A stretch of 64,000 nt of DNA from Hyalangium minutum (lineage in GTDB: Bacteria; Myxococcota; Myxococcia; Myxococcales; Myxococcaceae), in assembly GCF_000737315.1 (NCBI RefSeq), contig NZ_JMCB01000025.1:1-64000 (forward strand). The letters are read 5' to 3'. Positions 46,286-55,537 of the stretch are shown here, piece by piece. The stretch's first letter is position 1, and each line of letters begins with the position of its first letter. A program made the translations under genes and the position numbers. The notes below the pieces were generated by a model. It was not told where the DNA came from, did no database searches, and saw only the letters and a list, made by a program, of their open reading frames with translations.

Positions 46286-47326
46286 TCAAAGTGAACCTTC
46301 CCAGGGTTCTAGCTCCCGGACGAGGCTGTACTCGTGCTGGGCCAGCTCTCGGTGGGCGGGAACTGCCGCGCGCCAGATCAGCGTCAGGGTTCGAGCCTCA
46401 GGCTCGAGCAGCACGGCGTCCAAGGCCAACTCCCTGCGGTCCACCCGATGGCGGAACACGGTCTTGGCCAACAATCGATAGCGTGGGAGGGGAAAAGCAA
46501 GCTGCCCATCCGGCGAGAAGCCCGAGAGCACCACCGGCTCTCCTCCCTTCAACCCAGGAGATGCGATGAGTCCTGGTGAAGCTGCATGAAAGAAGTGGGG
46601 ATCAAAGTCACGAGGCCACAGCGGGGCTCGTTGCTCCACCCAGGCCTCGTCATACGTTCCTGCCAGCTGGAGGCGGGGTTGCCAGCTCCGGGCGATAGGG
46701 CCAAAGCCTGCAGGCGCTACGCGATCCGTGGGACTCGAGATCTGCTGGAGGGGATCCTCCAGGTTCGGTAGGGGCTGCTCGACCGCCTCCTTTACAGAGC
46801 CATACAGGCCCATTCCCACAGGGTTTCTTGGCTCGTATGCGAGAGGCTCCTTGCCCGTGGCTGCGGCTACTCCGCCGAAGCTGCGCTCGTAGCGCAGCGG
46901 CATGGACTCGAACGGCCTGGGCGCCGAGGCCTTCAGCCCCAATGCGCCCCGGTACCACACCCGTGTCCCGAAGACGCGGACCCCCTTCTGGCATGCCCCT
47001 ACCTTCACGGCCGCCAGCAATTCCGGCACCGGCTTGCCTCCAGGCGCCCATGCATGACCCGAGACGTAGATGTCCGTTCCTGGCCGGATATAGGCCGTCT
47101 GTCCCTCGTAGCGCAGGCTCGAGGCACCAGGCTCGCCCCAGTAGACGTCCTCCATCACGGGCGGGCGTTGCTCCTCGCTCGGCTTGGGCGGATTTTGAGA
47201 GGGCCGGCCTGCGGGAGGTAACTCGAACCGGCCAGCAACGCAGATGAGCAGCAGCTCCTCGCCCTCCTTGTTCATCGAGGGCAGGTCCACAGCCTTGAAG
47301 CGGGTGAGGTTCTCGAGGTTCGGCAT
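46286..47326 (-). CDS. DUF2169 family T6SS adaptor
   Basis: DVYWGEPGASSLRY...PGTDIYVSGHA, LRYERSFGG, GFGPIARSWQPR...GTYDEAW...PRDFD...FHAA, LDAVLLEP. Confidence 0.92.
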   Translation of the reverse strand: MPNLENLTRFKAVDLPSMNKEGEELLLICVAGRFELPPAGRPSQNPPKPSEEQRPPVMEDVYWGEPGASSLRYEGQTAYIRPGTDIYVSGHAWAPGGKPVPELLAAVKVGACQKGVRVFGTRVWYRGALGLKASAPRPFESMPLRYERSFGGVAAATGKEPLAYEPRNPVGMGLYGSVKEAVEQPLPNLEDPLQQISSPTDRVAPAGFGPIARSWQPRLQLAGTYDEAWVEQRAPLWPRDFDPHFFHAASPGLIASPGLKGGEPVVLSGFSPDGQLAFPLPRYRLLAKTVFRHRVDRRELALDAVLLEPEARTLTLIWRAAVPAHRELAQHEYSLVRELEPWEGSL

Positions 47327-47353
47327 AGGGACTGCGTGTCACCGCCACAGCTT

Positions 47354-49627
47354 TCAGTTCTCGGAGATCTTCGAGGCCTTCAGCACCATGTCCCCAGAGG
47401 CGGTGACTTCGATCTTCCCGCCCTTGATGACCACCTTGCCGTCCTTCTTCACCTGGATGGTCGCGCTGCCCACCTGGAGCGTGAACGAGTCCTCTGCCGC
47501 CAGCACCAGCTCCTTGCCCTGGATGGCGTAGCTCTCCTTGGCCAGCACCTGGTACTTGCCCCCCACGTTGAGCAGGTGGTCCTGATCCACCTTCAGGTTG
47601 CGCTTCTTCTTCACCGTCTCCGATGCGTCCCCGCCCACGCTCAATGTGCGGTTGCCCTTCACCGTTTCGGACTTCTTGGCGCCCACCAGCTCCACCTTCG
47701 CCCCGCCCACCTGCTCGGACTTCAGCCCGCCCACCAGCTCGTTCATCGCCCCGCCCACCGTCACCGCGTAGGCCCCGCCGATGTTCACCGCCTTGGCCAG
47801 GCCGATGTTCTCCGCCGAGGCCAGCGCCACCGACACGCTCTGCGCCCCGCCCACCGTGACGGACTGGTTGCCCCCCACCGATTCCGTGTGGTTGCCCCCC
47901 ACCGTCGTAGAGCGGTTCTTCGTCACGTCCAGGGTCTGGTTGCCCCCAATCACTGAGGAGTCGTCCTTCGTCACCTTCAAGGATTGGTTGCCGTGCACTT
48001 CGCGGCTCCGGTCCTTCTCCACCAGCAGCTTCTCGTTGCCCCCCACCTGCTGGGACTTGTCGTTCTCCACGACGATGTTGAAGTCCTTTTGCGCGTGGAA
48101 GAACACCTCCTCCGAGCCCGCCGCGTCCTCGAAGCGCAGCTCGTTGAAGCCTCCTCCTCCCGGGCTCGAGTTCGAGCGCAGCGTGCTCTTCGTCTTCTCT
48201 CCCGGCAGATCCAGTGGCGGCGGATGGTGGCCGTTGTACACGCTCCCGGTCACCAGCGGCCGATCCGGATCTCCCTCCAGGAACTCCACCACCACCTCCT
48301 GGCCGATGCGCGGCAGGTACAGCGCACCCCAGCCCGGCCCCGCCCACGCCTGGCTCACTCGGATCCAGCACGAGCTTTTGTCGTCTCCCTTGCCCTCCCG
48401 GTCCCAGTGGAACTGCACCTTGATGCGGCCGTGCTCGTCCGTGTGGATCTCTTCTCCCGCTGGACCCACCACCACCGCCGTCTGCGGGCCCGGCAGCCAG
48501 GGCCTCTGTGTCTTCCGCTCCGGCCGAAAGGGCACTGTCTTGCGCAGGCAGGTGAAGTGATTGCGGTACGGCTCGTGCCCGTCTCCCGCGTGGCGCACTT
48601 GCGTGCCTGGCAGCACCTCCGGCTGCGAACCCCGATGCGCCACCGAGAGCACCAGGTATTCGCCGTCGTATGCCCCGGTCGGGTGCTCGGCCAGCTCGAA
48701 CGTGTAGCCCGGGGTCAGCCGTCGGCTGGCGCTCGAGCCTGCCGCCGTCTCCGCCTTGGCTCGTAGTTCCTCCAGACGGATCTTCGAGTAGCTGCGCCCG
48801 GCTCCCACGTCCTCATAGCGGCCCGGGTAGTCGTACACCTCCAAGGCCGCGTCGGCACCATCCGCCGAGGCGTCCGCGCTCAGGTCGCTGCTGGGCCGCA
48901 GGAAGTTGTAGTCCCGCAGCACCACCGCGCCGGGCTGCACCTCCAGCCGGGAGGCGAACTCGTTCACCGCCTCGGCGCCCGCCACCATGAGCCCCTTCTC
49001 GCGGAACACCAGGCGTGACTCGCCGATGAGCGGCTCGTGCACGGAGGGCGCGTCTCCCAGCACCAGCGTGTGGGCACCTTGCTCGTGCTCGAAGAAGTAG
49101 AAGATGCCCTCCTCCTCGAGCAGCCGGGAGATGAAGTCCAGGTTGGACTCGCGGTACTGCACGCAGTACTCGCGCTTGGGGTAGCTCCCGGACAGTGCCA
49201 GCCGGTGCTCCACGCCCGCCTCGCCCAAGAGCTTCTTCACGATGTCCGGCGTGGTCATCTCCTGGAAGATGCGACTGCGGCGCACGTGGCGCTGCGTCCA
49301 CAGCCGTGGCACCACGCGCACCCGGCACCGCTTGCGCTCCGGGCCGCTGCCCTCGTCCCAGCACCGCACGTGGCCGATGAGTCCGTGGATGAAGCGCGCC
49401 GAGCCGTCTCCCAGCTGGATCGTCAGCAGCGCGTCCTGTCCGAGCAGGTCCGCCCCGTTCACCACGATGTCCGGCCCCGGCACCAGGTCGATCTCCGCTT
49501 GGTAGGGTGCCGACAGCGTCTCCTCCACCGTGAAGCCCAGCACGGCCAGCTCCCCGGCCGGGTGGGGACCACATTCGAACTCGAACTCCGCCTGGTTCGC
49601 CGCCAGCGGCGCAGTGGCAATCGCCAT
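47354..49627 (-). CDS. vgrG: type VI secretion spike protein VgrG, no toxin extension
   Basis: EETLSAPY, REYCVQYRESNLDF, GPQTAVVVGP...HTDEHGRIKVQFHWD, WIRVSQAWAG, LPRIGQEVVVEFLEGDPDRP, NELRFED, HAQKD; gp5-like repeats; ends KISEN. Confidence 0.96.
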   Translation of the reverse strand: MAIATAPLAANQAEFEFECGPHPAGELAVLGFTVEETLSAPYQAEIDLVPGPDIVVNGADLLGQDALLTIQLGDGSARFIHGLIGHVRCWDEGSGPERKRCRVRVVPRLWTQRHVRRSRIFQEMTTPDIVKKLLGEAGVEHRLALSGSYPKREYCVQYRESNLDFISRLLEEEGIFYFFEHEQGAHTLVLGDAPSVHEPLIGESRLVFREKGLMVAGAEAVNEFASRLEVQPGAVVLRDYNFLRPSSDLSADASADGADAALEVYDYPGRYEDVGAGRSYSKIRLEELRAKAETAAGSSASRRLTPGYTFELAEHPTGAYDGEYLVLSVAHRGSQPEVLPGTQVRHAGDGHEPYRNHFTCLRKTVPFRPERKTQRPWLPGPQTAVVVGPAGEEIHTDEHGRIKVQFHWDREGKGDDKSSCWIRVSQAWAGPGWGALYLPRIGQEVVVEFLEGDPDRPLVTGSVYNGHHPPPLDLPGEKTKSTLRSNSSPGGGGFNELRFEDAAGSEEVFFHAQKDFNIVVENDKSQQVGGNEKLLVEKDRSREVHGNQSLKVTKDDSSVIGGNQTLDVTKNRSTTVGGNHTESVGGNQSVTVGGAQSVSVALASAENIGLAKAVNIGGAYAVTVGGAMNELVGGLKSEQVGGAKVELVGAKKSETVKGNRTLSVGGDASETVKKKRNLKVDQDHLLNVGGKYQVLAKESYAIQGKELVLAAEDSFTLQVGSATIQVKKDGKVVIKGGKIEVTASGDMVLKASKISEN

Positions 49628-49643
49628 GGTGTGTCTCCTCTGC

Positions 49644-50213
49644 TCAGGCCCCGCGCCGCACCGGGGGAATGTCTTTCTTCAGCTCTCCAGGCCAGCTGCC
49701 TTCCTTCTCGGAGCGGAAGATCTTCCGCCAGGTGCCGTCCTTCGTGAACGCGCCGGGCGGAATCAGCTCGAACGTCTCGTCCGTCTTGGGATGGTGGTAG
49801 ACCCTGACGCCCTCGATGGGCGTATCCGTGTCCCGCGCCCGCTCTACCTCGCCGCGCAGCCAGAGCTCCTCCAGCTTCTTCACCAGCACCGAGTACTCCT
49901 CGGGCGTGGGGGCATCTCCGGGATAGAGCTGCTCGAAGAAGGAGCGCTCGCCGGGGTCCTCCACGCGAGCCCACATCCCTTTGAGCGGAAACTCCGGAGG
50001 AATGTAGCGATAGACGATGTCCGTCTCCTTCTCCCGGTACCACTCCTCGGGCGTGGTGTAGGAGAACAGCTTGCCCACGGGAATGCGCTCGACGGTGCCT
50101 TTCTCCAGCTCCGCCGCCAGCCGCAGCTGGAACTCTTGCACCTCGTCGAGGGCGTTGAACTCCTTGCCAGAGTGCAGCTTGGAGAGGATGGAGCGCTTGG
50201 AAAACAAGCCCAC
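49644..50213 (-). CDS. putative immunity protein for the VgrG-fused toxin, with internal duplication
   Basis: starts 15 bp after the toxin-bearing vgrG stop, AGGAAAGG RBS; two ~65-aa repeats. Confidence 0.7.
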   Translation of the reverse strand: MGLFSKRSILSKLHSGKEFNALDEVQEFQLRLAAELEKGTVERIPVGKLFSYTTPEEWYREKETDIVYRYIPPEFPLKGMWARVEDPGERSFFEQLYPGDAPTPEEYSVLVKKLEELWLRGEVERARDTDTPIEGVRVYHHPKTDETFELIPPGAFTKDGTWRKIFRSEKEGSWPGELKKDIPPVRRGA

Positions 50214-50228
50214 GTGGGTCCGCCTTTC

Positions 50229-52937
50229 CTACAAGAACACCGTCTTGAGGAAGGCACCCGTCGCGGCGCCCCCCTTCTCCAGCACAGTCTTCGGCACATT
50301 GATGAGGATTTGCGTCGCCCCACCCGCGTAGCCCGTACCCTGGCCCGCGACGATGCCCTCGTACACCTTGGTTCCTGCCTTGAGGGTGAAGGAACTCGAC
50401 TGGGAGGCGGCGTTGCCCCACTCGGGGCGCAGCGCCATGCGGATCTTCCCCTCGAGTCCCAAGGGCCGGGAGCCTCCGGTGACCCAGCGGCCCTGGGGGA
50501 AGGCGCCGCCGCCGTGGAGCCGCTCTACCTGCACGTCTTTCGTGAGCACCTTCTCCGTGTACTTGCCATCCTTGAAGGCCTTGGCGTCCTGAGGCGACAG
50601 GGGTCCCTTGTCTCCCTGGTACGTCTTGCCCTCCTTCGCCACCGAGGGATCCAGCACCTCCTGGAAGGACTTGCTCTGGCCGCTGCCGCCGGACTCCTTC
50701 TTGATCTTGCTGCCCTTGAGCTTGAGCTGCGAGCCGTCGACCGTCAGCTCCTTGGCCCAGATCTTCACCGTGCCGGACTTGTCGATGAGCAGTGCCAGCT
50801 CGTCGCCCACCACCACGGCGGCCTCGTCCGCCTTGAACTTCAGCTCCTTCGAGCTGAAGCCTGTCTCCTGCTTCACCTCGGTGAAGGTGTGGCGGCCGGA
50901 CTCGTCTTTGCGATCCTGGCCCGTGTCCTGGAGCAGCTTGCCTTTGACTTCCTCCTCCACCTCGCCGAGCACATCGCTGCCGCGGTTGCCTCCGACCGTC
51001 TCCGACCAGTCGACGCCCACGTCCACCTTCTTCAGTCCGGCGATCTGCTCCAGGCGCGCTCCTCCCACGGCGGTGTTCGACGCCAGCGCCACGTTGATCG
51101 AGTAAGCTGCCCCGATGTTGAGCGCCGCCGCGGCCCCCACGTTGAACGCCACGGCCTGCGTGACGTTCAGGGTGTGGGCCATGCCCACGGTGATGCTCTG
51201 GGAGCCGTCCACTCCCTCGTCGTGGCTCTCCTTGATCCGGGTGTCGCGGTTCCCTGTCACCGTCAGCGTCTGGTTGCCGTCGATGGCGGAGTCATCCTCG
51301 AGCCTCACCGCGAGCGACTGCTGGCCGTGCACCTCGCGAGAGCGATCCTTCTCCACCAGGAGCTGCTCGTTGCCGCGGACGGTCTGCGTCTTGTCGTTGA
51401 GCGTCTCGAGGTTCTCGTCCTTCTGCGCGTGGAGGTAGACCTCTTCCTCTCCCGCCGCGTCCTCGATGCGCACCTCGTTGAAGCCGCCGCCGCCCACGCT
51501 GGAGTCCGTCCGCTGGGTGCTCTTCGTCTTCTCGCCGGGCAGCGCCACCGGCGGCGGGTTGTTCCCGTTGTAGACGGCGCCCACCACCAGCGGCCGGTCC
51601 GGGTTGCCCTCCAGGAACCGGACCACCACCTCCTGTCCCACTCGGGGGATGAAGTTGGCCCCCCAGCCCTCGCCCGCCCAGGCTTGCCCCACGCGCACCC
51701 AGCAGGAGCTCTGTTCGTTGCGCTGTCCCTGCCGGTCCCAGTGGAACTGCACCTTGATGCGTCCGTGCGTGTCGGGCTGAGTCTCCTCGCCCGAGGGCCC
51801 TACCACCGTGGCCGTCTGGATGCCCGCGATGACGGGTGGCCGCGTGGTGCGCCGGGGACGGTAGGGAATGCCCGAGGGCAGTGTGAGGAACTCGTTGCGA
51901 TAGGAGCCCTCTACCGGATGCGCGTCCCCCACCATCTCCTGGCGCTGTCCCTCGTGGCGCACGCGGACCAGCAACAGCTCCCCGTTCAGCTCGTCGTCCG
52001 GGTGCTCCGCCAGTGCGAAGGTGGCTCCCGGCAGCATCCGGTGGCACGTCCCCGCGCACGCCAGCGTCTTCACGCCGAAGCGCTGCTCCTCCAGTCGCAC
52101 CTTGCTCAGCCGCTTGCCCTCGCCCGGCTGCACGTAGTCGCCCGGGTAGTCGTAGATCTCCAGGCCCTGGACTTCCTGCGTCTCGTTGACCTGGGTGGTG
52201 AGGTCCAGCGTGGGGCGCTCGAAGTCGAAGTCCCGGAGCGCCACCTTGTGGGGGAGCAACCGGTGCGCGAGCGCCACCCGAGTGATGTGCTCGCCCACCG
52301 TGGGCGCCTGGCCCGTCTCCGAGCGGAAGAGCAGGGTGGACTCTCCCGCCAGGGGCTCGTGCGCGCTGGCCGAGTCTCCCAGCACCATCACGTGCGAGTC
52401 CGGGCCGTGCTCGAAGAAGAAGAAGAGGCCCTCGGACTCCAGCAGCCGGAGCACGAAGTCCAGGTCTGTCTCCCGGTACTGCACGCAGTACTCGCGCTGG
52501 GGGTAGCTCCCGGACAGTGCCAGCCGGTGCTCCACGTGCCCGGCCTTGAGCACCTGGGCCACGATGTCCGGCACGGAGAGGTTCTGGAAGATGCGGCTGC
52601 GCCTGACATGCCGCAGCTGCCGCAGGGTGGGGGCCATGCGGACGCGGTACTCGGGCCGGCCATGGCGCAGGCCCACGTCCACCACCTCCTCCACCCAGCC
52701 GTGGATGAAGCGCTCGGAGCCCTCTGGGGTTCTCACCGAGAGGGCCGCCTGTGTTCCGAGCAGCTCGTGGGTGTCCAGGGGCTCCAGCGCCGTGGGGAAG
52801 AACTCGACCTGGAAGTCGAACAGCTCGGACAGTGCCTCGTTACCGCTCAGGCGGGTGACGGTGAGGTCCCCCGCCGCGAGGGGTCCTGCCTGGAGCTCGA
52901 AGACCAGCCGATGTTCACGAGCCACTGCTCCCCCCAC
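50229..52937 (-). CDS. vgrG: evolved VgrG with C-terminal TNT/ART-like toxin extension (start 52937 or 52925)
   Basis: full VgrG core (EALSELF, REYCVQYRETDLDF, GRIKVQFHWD, FIPRVGQEV, HAQKD) followed by a ~145-aa extension after SGGSGQSKS. Confidence 0.93.
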   Translation of the reverse strand: MGGAVAREHRLVFELQAGPLAAGDLTVTRLSGNEALSELFDFQVEFFPTALEPLDTHELLGTQAALSVRTPEGSERFIHGWVEEVVDVGLRHGRPEYRVRMAPTLRQLRHVRRSRIFQNLSVPDIVAQVLKAGHVEHRLALSGSYPQREYCVQYRETDLDFVLRLLESEGLFFFFEHGPDSHVMVLGDSASAHEPLAGESTLLFRSETGQAPTVGEHITRVALAHRLLPHKVALRDFDFERPTLDLTTQVNETQEVQGLEIYDYPGDYVQPGEGKRLSKVRLEEQRFGVKTLACAGTCHRMLPGATFALAEHPDDELNGELLLVRVRHEGQRQEMVGDAHPVEGSYRNEFLTLPSGIPYRPRRTTRPPVIAGIQTATVVGPSGEETQPDTHGRIKVQFHWDRQGQRNEQSSCWVRVGQAWAGEGWGANFIPRVGQEVVVRFLEGNPDRPLVVGAVYNGNNPPPVALPGEKTKSTQRTDSSVGGGGFNEVRIEDAAGEEEVYLHAQKDENLETLNDKTQTVRGNEQLLVEKDRSREVHGQQSLAVRLEDDSAIDGNQTLTVTGNRDTRIKESHDEGVDGSQSITVGMAHTLNVTQAVAFNVGAAAALNIGAAYSINVALASNTAVGGARLEQIAGLKKVDVGVDWSETVGGNRGSDVLGEVEEEVKGKLLQDTGQDRKDESGRHTFTEVKQETGFSSKELKFKADEAAVVVGDELALLIDKSGTVKIWAKELTVDGSQLKLKGSKIKKESGGSGQSKSFQEVLDPSVAKEGKTYQGDKGPLSPQDAKAFKDGKYTEKVLTKDVQVERLHGGGAFPQGRWVTGGSRPLGLEGKIRMALRPEWGNAASQSSSFTLKAGTKVYEGIVAGQGTGYAGGATQILINVPKTVLEKGGAATGAFLKTVFL

Positions 52938-52988
52938 GTGCCAGCTTCAACTTCAGCACTGCCCGTCGCGCTGGATATCACACCCAGC

Positions 52989-54389
<1,401 letters not shown>

Positions 54390-54483
54390 GGCGCTCTCCC
54401 TTGCTCCAAACCGGGAGAGCGAGTTAGCCGCGCTCGGGCCGAAAGCCAAGAGCGGTGTTGGGGGAGACGTCACCCCCGGGCGC

Positions 54484-54906
54484 TCAGGCCTCCTTCAGGC
54501 GGGCCCAGGCGGCGCGGTAGCGGGCCAGCCGCTCGGTCTCCTTGGGGCCTACCGTCAGCAGCCGCCGCACGTCCATGTTGTCCTCCAGGTCCGCCAGCTT
54601 CACGCGGCGCGCCAAAGGGTGGGGGCGGACGCGCTCGATGAAGGCCTCGTACGTCTCGCCCTCCCGCTTCGTCAGGCAGTCCAGCGCGCCGAGCACCTCC
54701 TCCGGGTAGCCCAGCTCGCGCAGGCGCTCCAGCGTGTAGGGGGTGTCCTCCACCACGTCGTGGAGGATGGCCGCCATCCGCTCGGCCTCCGTCTCCAGAC
54801 GCATCATCACCCTCAGAGGGTGGAGGATGTAGGTCTGCCCCGCCTTGTCTCGCTGGCCCCGGTGGGCCTCCACGGCGAGGGCGATGGCGTCTTCCAGGGT
54901 GGGCAT
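54484..54906 (-). CDS. small HD-domain protein (RelA/SpoT-hydrolase-like, small alarmone hydrolase type)
   Basis: [32 protein letters not shown]. Confidence 0.85.
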   Translation of the reverse strand: MPTLEDAIALAVEAHRGQRDKAGQTYILHPLRVMMRLETEAERMAAILHDVVEDTPYTLERLRELGYPEEVLGALDCLTKREGETYEAFIERVRPHPLARRVKLADLEDNMDVRRLLTVGPKETERLARYRAAWARLKEA

Positions 54907-54949
54907 GGTGGGAATCTCCGGGCGCCAGCATCCCGCGCCGGGCAGCCAG

Positions 54950-55327
54950 TCACCAGAGGTCCTTCTTGCCACGCAGGGACTTCTTCTGGCCGGTGCGCTT
55001 CTTGGTCTCCAGGCGCCGCTTCTGCGAGCCCTTGGAGGGCTTGGTGGCGCGGCGCACCTTGGGCACGAAGGTGAGGGCCTTGAGCCCCTCGCGCAGCCGC
55101 TCCAGCGCCACGCCCTTGTTCTGTACCTGGCTGCGGCGCTCGGTGGCGGTGACGGACAGCTCGGTGGGTGGGTGGGTGAGGCGCACGCCGCTGGCCGTGG
55201 TGTTGCGGTGCTGGCCACCAGGTCCCGAGGCGATGAAGTACTCCACTTCGCACGCCTTTAGCAGGGCCTCTTCATCGAGCGCGAGGGCTTCCAGGGCGGC
55301 CTGACGGCGGATGGGCGAGGTGCTCAT
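54950..55327 (-). CDS. arfB: ArfB/YaeJ-like peptidyl-tRNA hydrolase (ribosome rescue factor)
   Basis: ASGPGGQHRN GGQ motif, ERRSQVQNK, basic tail RRATKPSKGSQKRRLETKK; no RF1 N-domain. Confidence 0.8.
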   Translation of the reverse strand: MSTSPIRRQAALEALALDEEALLKACEVEYFIASGPGGQHRNTTASGVRLTHPPTELSVTATERRSQVQNKGVALERLREGLKALTFVPKVRRATKPSKGSQKRRLETKKRTGQKKSLRGKKDLW

Positions 55328-55537
55328 GACTGTTCCTAACCTAGCCCCTGGCCGGGCGTTGTGCACCGGGGATGGGGCGGCCTTTCGGGGGCGCATGACC
55401 GAGAGGGGTCTGCTTGTCTGACAGGTTTGGGACGGCCTTGCCGGGAAGGCTAGGCTCGCCGCCCGAGCCCGCGCGACGGGGTGCGTCCCAGGCTCTTCTA
55501 TAAGGAGAGGCCCTTGAGTCAGAGCAGAGCCGGGCGC

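Larger units (their letters stand above)
41722..52937. other. accessory orphan T6SS spike/effector island between acnA and asnS
   Basis: two vgrG, DUF2169, thiolase-like, DUF4150 effector, two immunity candidates, HEAT protein; no core tss genes in the window; locally lower GC (spot count 24/60 GC at 44941-45000 vs 43/60 at 39181-39240). Confidence 0.85.

Noticed and set aside
46236-46289. Imperfect hairpin GTAGACGGCC/GGCGGTCTAC and palindrome TTGAGCTCAA near the right inversion boundary
   Set aside because: No matching copy at the left boundary, so not supportable as a recombination site; could be a terminator between convergent genes.
46310-46321. 12-mer TAGCTCCCGGAC recurring at 46310, 49182 and 52504
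   Set aside because: Two copies are the homologous vgrG codons; the third is coding sequence in a GC-rich gene and plausibly chance.
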